Shown: piece by piece, positions 39,816-50,584 of the stretch
How positions within the stretch are numbered: position 1 is the stretch's first letter
Layout: every line of letters begins with the position of its first letter
NCBI GenBank assembly: GCA_963828525.1
Contig: CAWHEP010000004.1
Location: forward strand, 128,001-192,000
Length of the DNA stretch: 64,000 nucleotides
Direction: 5' to 3'
Origin: an uncultured Verrucomicrobiae bacterium
GTDB lineage: Bacteria > Verrucomicrobiota > Verrucomicrobiia > Chthoniobacterales > Chthoniobacteraceae
Notes under the pieces: model-generated
The model's database searches: none
Seen by the model: the letters and a program-made list of their open reading frames with translations, nothing else
What the model was told of the DNA's origin: nothing
Made by a program: the position numbers and the translations under genes

Positions 39816-42800
39816 CCTCGCTGCATCCAGCATCCTGACACCAAGGCACCATATCGTTCGATCATCTCCTCATGATTCACAAGGCAGTCAAGAACCTGCC
39901 GCGAGTCTTTTGCCATCGCGGCGCGTTTGACGGGATCATCCAGAAGGGCGCGAAGCCGGTCAGCGAGCATCTCCGCGTCGTCAATTCCAAATAGCAGAGC
40001 GTTCACGCGATCTCTCACTTGTTCCGTGATTCCCGCGCAGTTGGTTGTGACAATCGGGAGCCCAAAGGCTTCGGCTTCCAGTATTGCGAGGCTGTAGCTC
40101 TCCATCCGCGACGTGAAAGCGAAGATGTCCGCGGCCCGGTAATACGGAAAGACATTCGGAGTAGCGGCGACAAGGTTCACGTGACCCGCAACATCGGAGG
40201 CTCGGATTAATTTTTGGATTTCCAATGCATAGGGCAAAGACTCGTCCAGACCTACCAGATAGATGAAGAAGTCATCTCTCTCCGCCGCGAGCAAGGCGGC
40301 TGCTTCCACCAGGGTTTTCTGCCCTTTTCTATCGCAGATCGTGCCGACCATCGTTATGATCGTCTTGCCGGGGGGAGCGCCGATCACGAGGCGCGCGCCA
40401 GCGGGCGATGTGCTCCGCGCGTATTCGTCGATCTTGATGGGATCAAGCCCATTGGGGATCACGAGCGTGTTGCTGGTGAGATCGTAACGACGGAAAAGCT
40501 GACGTGTCTGCTCCGAGACAAACACCACGTATCGCGCCTGGCTGAAAGCTCTTTCACACCTGGCCAGAGTGAATCCGTTGAAATGCGAACGCATCTGCTC
40601 TGGGGTGAAACTCTCGTGGATGATCCAGATGCAGGGCACCGCTTCCGCGGCGGCCGCCTCCACAGTATAAAAAGAGAACAGGGTGTTGGCGATGGCGACA
40701 TCCGGTTGCTCCTCCCGGAGTATTGCCCGGGCCCGCGCGAGAGTCGATTCGTAGTGATATTCAGAAGCCCACCCCTTCATCACGTTTGTCGCATCCTTCA
40801 GGTCGAGAGGTTCCACGCGAACGCTGATGTCTTGTTGAGCATAACTATCTTCCACGGGGCCGGAAGAGGGAGACACCACCGAGAGGCGCGCTTGCAGCGA
40901 GTTCTTCAACCCGGCTGCTACGTCATAGAGAGCCTTGGTTGCTCCTTCTCCCGCGTTGAGATTGTGTGTGTGGCACAGCACGCGCAGCGAGCGCGCTGAG
41001 TCAATGGCAGCTTTGCCCGACGCGCAGGGATCAATGCAGTAGTTGGACGTCTGTGAAAGGTTGGGATTGTAGTAAATGTCGCGGGTCGCGCGATACTGCG
41101 CGCGAAATCGGGCGAGCTCTCCAGGATCGTCATACCGGCTGCGGCTCTTCGACTCGTGGTGGAGAAGCTCGGCTCCTCCTACATAGACGGAGCGATATCC
41201 CGCCTAGCTCAGGCGCATGCAATAGTCTACGTCGTTCATTGTCACTGGGTAACGCGCTTCATCGAAGCCACCCAACTCCAGAAATTGGGCGCGCCTCGTG
41301 AGCATGCACGCGCCTGTCACAGCCATGCAAGGCCGCGCGACTTCCGCCTGGAAAAAGTAGCTTGCCGCGTCCGCCGGTTGGTTCAGGAAGGAATGGTCGG
41401 GCGCGATGCCATTCAGCATCCAGAGTGTCACTCCACCGTGCTGAAGCTTGCCCCCGGGGTAGAGCAGGCGGGCGCCAGTGGCGCCCACTCCAGGGAGACT
41501 AAGATAGCCCGCCATCCTCGACAGCCACCTCGGCTCAAGGACTTCAGTGTCGTTGTTAAGAAACAGGATCAAGTCGGAATTGTCCTGCTTCACCGCAAGG
41601 TTGTTTATGCGCGCAAACGAGAACGGCTTGCCGTCATTCCCGATTTCCACAATTTTGACATTCTGCCTCGCCAGGCTCTTCAGGTAAGCAGCGGTTACTG
41701 GTTCATCGCTTTCGTTGTCCACCACGGTGATGCTGAAGTTCTGGTAGGTGGTTTTCTTGATGATCGAGTCGATGCATCTCTCCAGAAGATCCGCGTGGTT
41801 GCGCGTCGGGATGATGATGGAGATGGAGGGTCCATTATCGGGCCAGTCCAGGAGGTTTATCGGGACGCCAAGCTTGCGGGCAAATTTTGGAGTGTAGGGT
41901 CTGCCCGGGCTGCCTATTGCCTCCAGGTAGTTTTCGACAGCCTTGGTGCTTGCGCCATGCATGAAGCGTTTGCTGTCCGCGGATGAGGCCGTGGAGCCGG
42001 GCAGTGATCGCCAATGATACAGAACCTTCGGGATGTGATGGATCCGACGGGCTAGGGGAGCGGCTCGCAAGAGGAGATCCTGATCCTGAGCGCCCTCGTA
42101 ACCCAAACGAAGTCCGCCAATCTTTTCGAATAGGGCGCGTCGAATGCAGCAAAGATGGTTTACGTAATTGTAAGAGAGCAACAGTTCAGGGGACCAGTCT
42201 GGCTTGAAATGCGGATCGTACCGCCTTCCATCTTCACCGATCTTGTCCTCGTCGGTGTAGAGGAGATCTATATCGGGCTGTTTTTGCAGGGCGGCGGCAA
42301 TTTCAAAAAGAGCCTCAGGAGCGAGGGTGTCATCATTATCCATGAATACAAGGAACTCGCCCCTCGCGAGCGAGGCGGCCGAATTGGTCGCGGCGCAGAT
42401 GTGGCCGTTCTCTTTCCTCATCTCAAGCTGGACGCGCCCATCGGCGCTCAGCGCGCTGAGATAGGCAAGCAACTCGGCGTCAGTTGAAGCATCGTCCGCG
42501 ATGCAAAGCTCCCAGTTTGTATAAATCTGGCCCCGAATGGAGTCGACCGCTGCCTTTAACCACTTCGTGGCGACATTGTAAACGGGCATCACTATGCTAA
42601 TGCAGGGTTGGTAAGGAAAGGCCGCCGCTGTCCTCGCGAGCGCTTCGCGCAGGTATGGCGTCATGCTATTTTTCTCAAGCCATGCTTCATAAAGGCTGCT
42701 CCCGCTCTTCCCTGCGGAGGAGGATAGCTCACGAAAATTTGACCTCACCCCCCGCCGCTCCGCGATGGGCGATCCCGGGCTCGATTCATCGGCGCTCCTC

Positions 42801-43123
42801 GCGAGCGCTTCGATGATCTGCCGGTTGCTGAATTCCCATTTTCGGTATGACTCCAGGATCTTGTCGATGTGTTTGTATCCTGCGCCGGCGGTGTTTTTAG
42901 GATCGATCAGAGCAAGCGGATTGGAGTAGCGCCAGCGGCGGGACTGATAAAGCCGCTGAATTGCATCTTCCAGGTCTCCCATAAGCGAGAGCAGCTTCCG
43001 CAGCGCTTTCCACTGATCGCGAAGACTGTGAGATAGAGAAGATACCTGCTCGCTGAGGCGGCGAGCCTCACGCTCCGCCTCCTCGAGTTCGCTTTTCTCG
43101 GGGGACTCGTTGCCGGGAGACAT
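39809..43123 (-). pseudogene. Large GT2-GT2-GT4 glycosyltransferase interrupted by one in-frame TAG (41204-41206)
   Basis: ISIVMPVYN/ADDAS/FMDNDD; SIIIPTRN/FLNNDTE; DVDYCMRLS*AGYRSVY..HHESKSR continues in frame (222 nt) into the GT4 domain (SRMESYSLAILEA). Confidence 0.88.
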
Positions 43124-43130
43124 GGCGCGG

Positions 43131-44000
43131 CTACAGGAGCTGGAGTTGATCCGGATCCGCCTGGTCCATCTGATCCAGATCAGGGAGGGGAAGATCCATG
43201 CCGAGGTGGCTGGCGAGGCGTTGCGCGCTGAGAGGCGAGAAGCCTTCAAAGTGATTGTTCAGAAAGATGTAGATGGGAGCCGCTTCCGTCACATGCTTTT
43301 TGATCTTCAAAGCCCAGCTCTCCAGTGATGATTCCCGAGGCCAAAGCAGGCTGCCATACCTGTGGACGCGCGTCCCGTCCGCCGCATACTTGGTGCGCGC
43401 GTCCCCCATCAGGCGCAGATACAGGAAATCTGTCGTCTGCGGTAGGAATTCGTAGGCTGCTCGCGTCTGCTCCTGGACCGCGGTGAGATCGCTCCACGCC
43501 CAGCAAACCCGATGCTTTTCCAGCAGATGGATGATGCGCGGAGTATGCCAGTCCGCGCTTCGAAACTCGATTGCGTATCGGAACTCTTCCGAAAGGGTCG
43601 GAACAAATCGGCGGAGGTTCTGCTCACACTGCTGGAGGGTGAAACTTGCTGGCAGTTGTATGAGGATGCAGCCCAGCTTGGCGCGGAGGGGAGCAATCCC
43701 CGCATGGAATTCGTCCAGTTCAGCTTCGCAGTTCCCGAGGTGACGCTCGTGGGTGATGGCGCGCGGCATCTTGCATGCAAATCGAAAAGACGGGGGCGTA
43801 TCGTCCAGCCAGCGGCCAGCGACATGCGGCTCAGGCACCCGGTAAAATGTGGAGTCGGCTTCCACGGTTGAAAAGAAACGCGCGTAGAAGCCCAAGCGAT
43901 CAGCCTGTGACAGCTTCTCCGGGTAAAAAAGCCCGCGCCAGTCCTCGAAGCTCCACGCGCAGGTGCCAATCCTGACGGTATCGGGATTTAGTTCAGGCAC
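43131..44000 (-). CDS. DUF72 (YecE/YunF) family protein
   Basis: RIGTCAWSF..W...FYP, TVEADSTFY, KMPRAITH, QLPASF, YLRLMG, FLNNH. Probable GTG 44000. Confidence 0.88.
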   Translation of the reverse strand: MPELNPDTVRIGTCAWSFEDWRGLFYPEKLSQADRLGFYARFFSTVEADSTFYRVPEPHVAGRWLDDTPPSFRFACKMPRAITHERHLGNCEAELDEFHAGIAPLRAKLGCILIQLPASFTLQQCEQNLRRFVPTLSEEFRYAIEFRSADWHTPRIIHLLEKHRVCWAWSDLTAVQEQTRAAYEFLPQTTDFLYLRLMGDARTKYAADGTRVHRYGSLLWPRESSLESWALKIKKHVTEAAPIYIFLNNHFEGFSPLSAQRLASHLGMDLPLPDLDQMDQADPDQLQLL

Positions 44001-44123
44001 ATCCGCCTCTCGACTTTGGCAGCGCCGGACCGAAAATCTTTGACTTTCACGCCGCGAAATTGTTGCATCTGTATTCATCGAAAGTCGGATGAGATTCAGG
44101 ACACTACGGAGCTTCTTCCGCCG

Positions 44124-44579
44124 ATGAAAGCGTTTGTTTCGACCCGAGCTGCTCGCGCCTGGTCGCTGTTCGCCGTTGCCGTGCTCCTCATGGCGGGCTG
44201 CGCTTCGGGGCCGTCCATTCGCTATACCGACTCTATGTTCGAGCCGGAACCGGCGGGAGTCGAATACGGCGTGGCTTCCTGGTATCACGCCAACTGGCTT
44301 GGCGTCGGTGAACAGACCGCGAGCGGCGAGCGGTTTCACCAGTATGAGATGACCGCCGCCCACAAAAGCCTTCCTTTTGGGACGTTTGTCCGCGTGACAA
44401 ATGTCCGAAACGGGCGTTCCACCATCGCTCGGATCACGGATCGAGGGCCATTCGCGTCCGGCCGCATCATAGACCTCAGCAAGACAGGAGCGCGCGACAT
44501 CGGGATCATCGACGCGGGAGTGGCGCATGTGAGATTGGAGGTTCTTATTCCACGGAGAAGGGAACAGCGTTTTTATTGA
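44124..44579 (+). CDS. rlpA: RlpA-family lipoprotein (DPBB lytic transglycosylase)
   Basis: Lipobox MAGC; GVASWY, TASGE, MTAAHKSLPFGT, DRGPF, RIIDLS. Confidence 0.9.
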   Translation: MKAFVSTRAARAWSLFAVAVLLMAGCASGPSIRYTDSMFEPEPAGVEYGVASWYHANWLGVGEQTASGERFHQYEMTAAHKSLPFGTFVRVTNVRNGRSTIARITDRGPFASGRIIDLSKTGARDIGIIDAGVAHVRLEVLIPRRREQRFY

Positions 44580-44614
44580 GGTAGGTTGCCCGGCTAACGT
44601 GCTATCCTATCGTG

Positions 44615-44944
44615 ATGGCGAACCTGCTGGCCGAACGTGAAGAGGAGCGCTTAAAGCAGCGCGAATTGCTGCGTCAGGCCGTGCTCGACAAGCTAAGGAA
44701 AGTGCTTGCGGAAGTGGTTCCCGGTGAGCCGGTGCATGTGTTTGGGTCTATTTTGAAGCCCCATCGATTCCATGCGCAATCTGATGTAGACATAGCTTTC
44801 GAAGCTGAGCCGCGCCGGATGTCGATCTATAGGGCGCAAGCAGAACTTGAAGAACGCATGCGGCGTCGTGTCGATGTTATGCTGCTGGGGGAGACGCGGC
44901 TAAGAGACAAAATCGAAAGGGAAGGAGAGCGGTGGATTCCATAG
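44615..44944 (+). CDS. Minimal nucleotidyltransferase (MNT antitoxin-like)
   Basis: VFGSILK...SDVDIA...VDV...IEREG. Extended -10 (TGcTATCCT, 44600-44608) lies 6 nt before the ATG. Confidence 0.88.
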   Translation: MANLLAEREEERLKQRELLRQAVLDKLRKVLAEVVPGEPVHVFGSILKPHRFHAQSDVDIAFEAEPRRMSIYRAQAELEERMRRRVDVMLLGETRLRDKIEREGERWIP

Positions 44945-45073
44945 GACTCGCCACGCTGCGAGCGGAAGTGGATGCCGACTGCGCGGTTCTGATCAACGCG
45001 GCTGCGACCGCATCTCAACGAGTTGACAGGCTAGGTTAAGGCGTTTTTCGAGGAGGCGCGGCAGTCAGGGTAA
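44932..45073 (+). pseudogene. Remnant of MNT-coupled partner (probably HEPN toxin) with core missing
   Basis: GTG 44932 overlaps the MNT end: MDSIGLATLRAEVDADCAVLINAAATASQR..., stop at 45039; shifted-frame tail VKAFFEEARQSG*. No RX4-6H motif. Confidence 0.5.
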
Positions 45074-45114
45074 GGAGAGCGCCTAGATGGGCGCTCGCGA
45101 ACCGCTATATCGCA

Positions 45115-46509
45115 TCAAAAAGCCAGGTGAATGCGGGCCGAGAAAACGCTGATGGGCCCTCGATCCGAATTATACCCGGGATTGGCGATAAGCTGGTAGT
45201 CCACGGCGAGATGAGCGCCTTTAGCGACCAGCCAGTCGTAATAAGTTTCCAGCGCGCATTCAGGATCGTAGTGAGGCAGCTTTCCATCTCCGACCACGTT
45301 CCCCAATCCGCCTGCCGCGAGGTAGTCCCGCAACGGCTGGCCCAAGCCATCTACTACGCACGCGATGGCGAGGGTATCATCTTTTCTGTTCCAGCGTTCA
45401 CCGCTGGCGGAGATGCCAGCGGAAAAATGGCGATCGACGTCAGTGAATTGCCGCGCCTCGCTGTGCCCATCGCGATATCCGAGCCGCAGGAAAGCTCCGA
45501 CGCCTGAGGCGAGTTCCTGCTCTATGTTGAGGCCTAATCCATACTGGCAACGGTAGCGACGGGTCGCGCTAATATCGCCCATGAGCGATGGATTGGCCGT
45601 CGTCTCTTCGTAACTGCCCGACTTGGCCCTCTCGACCCAGCCTAGGAGACGCGCCTTGCCGGGATGCCCGAAGAATGTGAAACGCTCCTCAAATTCTGCG
45701 ACCTGTTGCCAGGCTTCGCTCAAGTGAAAGTCGCGGTCGCCGGTGGAATTGCGAGGCACATCGAATGCGCCGTATCTCAGGGCGTACTGCTTTTGATTAT
45801 ATTCCAAGGTGACCCCTTCAATCGTCCCGAGGAGGTCGGCGGCATAATCAAACGCTGGATTATCGATCAGCGCCCAATTGAGGAATTGAGTGGTGGGATC
45901 GTGCGCGTAGGCGTTGGCGTCAAACTGGTCGCCCACCTGGAGCCGGCCAGCGGTGATGGTGAGGCGGGAGATATCCTGCTTGCCGGCAAGTTGCAGAGGT
46001 CCTCCCGTAATGAGCTCCTGTTCGCCTCCAAATCCAAATGTCTGTTTGAAATAAAGATGAGCGAAGAACGAATTGCCCACGGCAGTTCCCGCTTGATAGG
46101 CCTCTCCGTTAGGGAACGCCGCGACGCCCCTCACGTTCCCAAAGCCGTAACCTTGGTAATACTGTGGATCGACGTAGATCTCAGCGCTTTGCCAAGGGCG
46201 AAATCCGAGGAAGATGTCCACGGAACTTGTTTGGCGAATGTGATCTCCAGCAGGGAAGCTCTGGGGTCCACTATAGGGAGAATGAAATCCTGGCTGGCCT
46301 TGCAAGACCTCTGTGCCTTGAGCATGAAGGAGCCAATTCTGATGCTCGGGAGGCGCATTAACCGCAGCTCCCGCTCCAGTGTCCAGGGGGCCTTGCGTGG
46401 AAGAATAGCCGGGAGCAGGGGGGGTGCTGCTCTCCTGTCCGGCAGCGATCCCTCCGCGCATGCAGGCAAGGAGCGCAACGCGCAAAAGGAACCTCTTCAT
46501 CCGGGGCAT
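45115..46509 (-). CDS. OprB-family porin (MnoP-like)
   Basis: GFHSPYSG, AAFPNGEAY, NAYAHDPTTQFLNWAL, DYAAD, DYQLIANPGYNSDRGP...RIHLAF. Confidence 0.85.
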   Translation of the reverse strand: MPRMKRFLLRVALLACMRGGIAAGQESSTPPAPGYSSTQGPLDTGAGAAVNAPPEHQNWLLHAQGTEVLQGQPGFHSPYSGPQSFPAGDHIRQTSSVDIFLGFRPWQSAEIYVDPQYYQGYGFGNVRGVAAFPNGEAYQAGTAVGNSFFAHLYFKQTFGFGGEQELITGGPLQLAGKQDISRLTITAGRLQVGDQFDANAYAHDPTTQFLNWALIDNPAFDYAADLLGTIEGVTLEYNQKQYALRYGAFDVPRNSTGDRDFHLSEAWQQVAEFEERFTFFGHPGKARLLGWVERAKSGSYEETTANPSLMGDISATRRYRCQYGLGLNIEQELASGVGAFLRLGYRDGHSEARQFTDVDRHFSAGISASGERWNRKDDTLAIACVVDGLGQPLRDYLAAGGLGNVVGDGKLPHYDPECALETYYDWLVAKGAHLAVDYQLIANPGYNSDRGPISVFSARIHLAF

Positions 46510-46618
46510 GGGCCGCAGCATGCAGCAGGAGTTTCTTCCGCGCAAAAGAGAATCGCCCGAAAGCGCGACCCGCATACAGAACGGGAGCAGCGGGATTGCC
46601 CGCTGGTGAGCGCGAGGA

Positions 46619-49600
46619 CTACCCCGCGTTTGCTGTCTCGCTCAGCAGTTCACCGGTTTTGCCAAAACTTTCGGCAACGCTGGGCACAGGGGAGGGGTTG
46701 GAAGTTCCCATGAGATCGGCGCCTGCCTGAGAATCTTCGCGTCTGGAGAATTTCACTCCTACCAGCTTGCTGACACCCTGCTCCTCCATGGTGACGCCAT
46801 AGAGCACATCGGCCTTCGCAATCGTGCGCTTGTTATGGGTGATGACCACGAACTGACTCTGGGAGACGAACCGATCCAGAATTTTGATGAACCGGTTGAT
46901 GTTCGACTCGTCCAGAGGGGCGTCCATCTCATCCAGCACGCAGAAGGGACTAGGCTTCACCATATAAATCGAGAACAGAAGGGACACAGCCGTCATCGTC
47001 TTTTCCCCGCCAGAGAGCAGCGAGATCGCCTGTAGTTGCTTTCCTGGCGGCTTGGCCACGATTTCGATGCCGCTCTCCAGAGGATCGGATTCATCAGCGA
47101 GCACAAGATTCGCTTTGCCACCGCCGAATAGCTCCGTGAACATCTCCTGAAAATTGACGCGGATCTGCTCAAACGTGGCGGCAAATAACTCGCGAGTAGT
47201 GCTATTTATCCTGGAGATCACGTCCAGCAGTTCTGCCTTGGACGCTGTGAGATCGCTATTTTGCTTTTCCAGGAAAGTGTAGCGCTGCTCCAGCTCATCA
47301 TATTCCTGGATTGCGTCCACATTGATCGGCCCCATGGCGTCAAGCCGTTGATCCAGCTCGCGGACCATCTCTTCCACACGAGCCCAGTCAATATGCTCCT
47401 TTTCGATTCCCACTGCTTGCGACACTTCCGTCGAGTCCCCTTGCATAGACTCGTCCGTCTCACTCGTTCCATCCGTCTTGCGCGGTCTCTTCTGCTGCTC
47501 GCGGACCGCGCAGATCAGCGCGTAGGAGTCCGGCTGGAACTCTTTCAGGTCGAGTTGATAACGGCGGGTGACATGTTCGCATAGGTTTTCAATGCGTAAC
47601 TGGCACTGGGTGGCCTTTACTTCTTGCTGGCTGCGATGATCATGGCCCTCGCTCAATTGCCTCCGGAGCACCCGCAGGCTGTTTTCGATGGCGGCGAAAC
47701 CTTCCGAAGTCCGGGCCCGCGCTTCCTGGAGCCCGGATACGCGCGCTTCTGCTTCGACGGCTTTCGCCTGGTCGAGTTCAGCCTGTTCCAAGACGGCGGC
47801 GGTCTCCTCTTCCAGAAGGCTGATCTTCTGACGGTAAGCCTCCGCATCGGCGCTTCGCTGTTCCACAATGTCTTTTAGTTCTGTTAATCGGGCTGCCATG
47901 GGCCGGAGCTGGCTGTTCAAACTGTCATAACGCTGCTGCTCCGTTGCCACACTGATCCGGAGTTCATTAAGCTCCGAATTCGCTTCCGACTCCATGCGCC
48001 TCAAGGTGACCAGTCTTTCCTGAAGTTCGGCTTGCCCGCTCTGGCGCTCAAGCAAATCCCTTTGTTCCCGGGCGAGACGCTCCTCGATGTTCGCGAGCTT
48101 CTCCACCGCGCTGGCGCGTCGTTTGTCCGTGGATTCGCATTCCCATCGCAGACTGTCCGCGCGAGCGTTCGTCTCCTTCAACTCCCGTTCCAGGAATGCG
48201 AGTTGTCCCTGAAGGCTGGAGACAGCGAGGCGGATTTGCTGATTTTCCTCGCGCGCTTCGTCGCTGCCGCTCTGCGCCGCAGCGAGACTTCCCACCAAAC
48301 GCTCTCTATCTGAAGACTGATCCCGCAGAGTGGCCTCGATGGAGGCGACATCTTTCTCCAAGTCGCCAATTTGAGCGTTTCTTTGCAGCACTGAGCTCAC
48401 GACTTCTCCCGCCTGGCCCCCCAGAACGATCCCCGCCGGAAGGATGATCTCTCCAGCAAGCGTGACAAACGTCACTCCGGCATGTATGCGCTTCAACTCC
48501 AGTCCTTTCTCAAGATCGCCGACTATCGCCGTCCTGTGGAGGAGTGTCGCAAGCAACGGCGCGAGATCAGGTCCGCAGTCCACTTTGTCAGCCGCCCAGG
48601 AGATCGCGCCTTCCGGGAGCAAAGACGCCTCGGGCGCGACATTTGGGATGAATTCGCGCAGCGCCAGAGAAGCTCTCCCAAGCTTTTTAGCGGCGAGGGT
48701 CTTGATGATGGACTCGCCAACCAGCGTGTCCTTCATCACGATTGCCTGCAGGTTCAGACCGAGCGCGGCTTCGATGGCGGGGATGAAATCAACCGCCACC
48801 TGGATGTGGGAAGCAAGCGCGCCCGAGATCGCGGGCTTGAAGAACGAGGGGTTGTCCAGACCCTTCAACACAGCCTGCGTGCCGCCGGTGAAGCCTTCGC
48901 CCTCTTCGTTGAGTTGCTTCAACACCTCAAGTTTCGACTCCTTTTCTGAGAGGCGGCGCTGTTCCAACGCGAGCTGCCTGTCACAGGCGGCGAGGGCTTC
49001 CTGAGCCGTCCGAGCGCGCGACTCAGCTTCCCGGACACGATGCTCGCATTGCTCCGCCGCCGACAGGCTCTGTTCGATTTGCAAAGCAGTGTCTCGCTGC
49101 TGTTCCTGGAGATGCGCGAGCGCGGAGGCTGTCTGCGCCGCCTCGCGCTCCAGGATGCCAAGCTGCGTCTCGCTGCCATCCCGGACGCCTATTGCAGACT
49201 GCAGTTCACCGCCCAGCGAGCTAATCGCGTTTTCGCTGGAAGCCACAGCCTTCACCAGCGCGTGGAGGGCGCTCTCCGCCTCGGCGCGCTGCTTCACCAA
49301 CGCGGCTGCCGCCGATTTCTTGTTGTCGAGTCGCTCGCGCTCGAACGACAGGCTCGCGGTGATCCCCCGTAATTCCGAGCCGGCATCCTCCATCTGCGTC
49401 TGCTGAATCCCGAGCTTCTCCTCCGCTCCCGCCGCGTCGGCTTTATAGCGTGAAATGAGCCCGTTAAATTCCTCGATCCGCTCCCTGTCGAATGCCGCCC
49501 GGTCTTCCGCCTGCGCGATTTGCCTCTTAAGCTCCTGCGCGATGTGGCGGGCCGCGTTCAGTTCACTCTCGGTCTCCTCCATCCGGACTCTCTCGCTCGA

Positions 49601-50407
49601 GGCGGCGCTCTCCTGTTCCTCAATGGAAGCCTGGAAACTCTCCTGCGCCGCCTGGATGCGCGCGATCTCGGACCGGGTCTCCTGCAGCGCGCTTTCAAGC
49701 CCATCATACTGGTGCCTTGCGAAATGGGTCTCCAGTGTCTTCAGGTCTGCCAGCAGGGCTTGGTAGCGGCGCGCTTTTCCTGCCTGCCTCTGCAGCGAGC
49801 CAATCTGCCGTTTCACCTCCTTGATGATGTCCGTGACGCGGAGAAGATTGGCTTCGGTGTATTCCAGCTTTCGCAGCGCTTCTTTGCGTTGCGACTTGAA
49901 CTTCGTGATGCCAGCCGCTTCTTCAAAGATCGCCCGCCGATCCTCCGGACGCGAACTCAGGATCAGGTCGATCTTCCCCTGTTCCATGATCGAGTAGGCG
50001 CTGCGGCCAATGCCCGTATCCATGAACAACTGCTGAATGTCTTTTAGACGGCAGAGCGTCTTGTTCAGGAAATACTCCGAGTTGCCGTCCCGGAATACCC
50101 GTCTTGTGATCCGAACCTCACTCCACTCCACCCCTAGTTCTTTCTCGCATTCAGAAAACGTCAGGGAGACTTCTGCCATCCCCAGCGCGGCGCGCGAGTC
50201 CGCTCCGCTAAAGATGACATCCGCCATCTCTCCTCCGCGGAGAGCCTTCGCCGATTGTTCGCCCAGAACCCACCGTAACGCGTCCAGAACGTTGGATTTT
50301 CCGCAGCCGTTCGGCCCGACGATCGCCGTCACACCGCGGTGAAAGTTCAAGATCGTTTTTGTCGCGAAAGACTTGAAACCAAAGATTTCGAGAGATTGTA
50401 GATACAT
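46619..50407 (-). CDS. smc: Chromosome segregation protein SMC
   Basis: GFKSF, GPNGCGKSN, FEEAAGI, hinge, LSGGEK, LDEMDAPLD, VITH. Confidence 0.97.
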   Translation of the reverse strand: MYLQSLEIFGFKSFATKTILNFHRGVTAIVGPNGCGKSNVLDALRWVLGEQSAKALRGGEMADVIFSGADSRAALGMAEVSLTFSECEKELGVEWSEVRITRRVFRDGNSEYFLNKTLCRLKDIQQLFMDTGIGRSAYSIMEQGKIDLILSSRPEDRRAIFEEAAGITKFKSQRKEALRKLEYTEANLLRVTDIIKEVKRQIGSLQRQAGKARRYQALLADLKTLETHFARHQYDGLESALQETRSEIARIQAAQESFQASIEEQESAASSERVRMEETESELNAARHIAQELKRQIAQAEDRAAFDRERIEEFNGLISRYKADAAGAEEKLGIQQTQMEDAGSELRGITASLSFERERLDNKKSAAAALVKQRAEAESALHALVKAVASSENAISSLGGELQSAIGVRDGSETQLGILEREAAQTASALAHLQEQQRDTALQIEQSLSAAEQCEHRVREAESRARTAQEALAACDRQLALEQRRLSEKESKLEVLKQLNEEGEGFTGGTQAVLKGLDNPSFFKPAISGALASHIQVAVDFIPAIEAALGLNLQAIVMKDTLVGESIIKTLAAKKLGRASLALREFIPNVAPEASLLPEGAISWAADKVDCGPDLAPLLATLLHRTAIVGDLEKGLELKRIHAGVTFVTLAGEIILPAGIVLGGQAGEVVSSVLQRNAQIGDLEKDVASIEATLRDQSSDRERLVGSLAAAQSGSDEAREENQQIRLAVSSLQGQLAFLERELKETNARADSLRWECESTDKRRASAVEKLANIEERLAREQRDLLERQSGQAELQERLVTLRRMESEANSELNELRISVATEQQRYDSLNSQLRPMAARLTELKDIVEQRSADAEAYRQKISLLEEETAAVLEQAELDQAKAVEAEARVSGLQEARARTSEGFAAIENSLRVLRRQLSEGHDHRSQQEVKATQCQLRIENLCEHVTRRYQLDLKEFQPDSYALICAVREQQKRPRKTDGTSETDESMQGDSTEVSQAVGIEKEHIDWARVEEMVRELDQRLDAMGPINVDAIQEYDELEQRYTFLEKQNSDLTASKAELLDVISRINSTTRELFAATFEQIRVNFQEMFTELFGGGKANLVLADESDPLESGIEIVAKPPGKQLQAISLLSGGEKTMTAVSLLFSIYMVKPSPFCVLDEMDAPLDESNINRFIKILDRFVSQSQFVVITHNKRTIAKADVLYGVTMEEQGVSKLVGVKFSRREDSQAGADLMGTSNPSPVPSVAESFGKTGELLSETANAG

Positions 50408-50584
50408 AGTTAAAGGGGAGAAAAGCGAAACTTGGAGACCAAGAATGCGCGGGGCACCTGCTTTTCGCAAGCACAATTTGCAGTGGTTGGGAGAAAACAA
50501 ACCACTACATATGGTGCTGTGCTGGGATCAGGCCCTCATCCCGAATGGTTTGCATTTTTGCCTACCGGGAATACGCTCCGATGC

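Noticed and set aside
44001..44528. Long N-terminal extension of the DUF72 ORF
   Set aside because: Overlaps rlpA on the other strand; homology starts near 44000.
45664..46713. 349-aa plus-strand ORF
   Set aside because: Antisense to the OprB-family porin.
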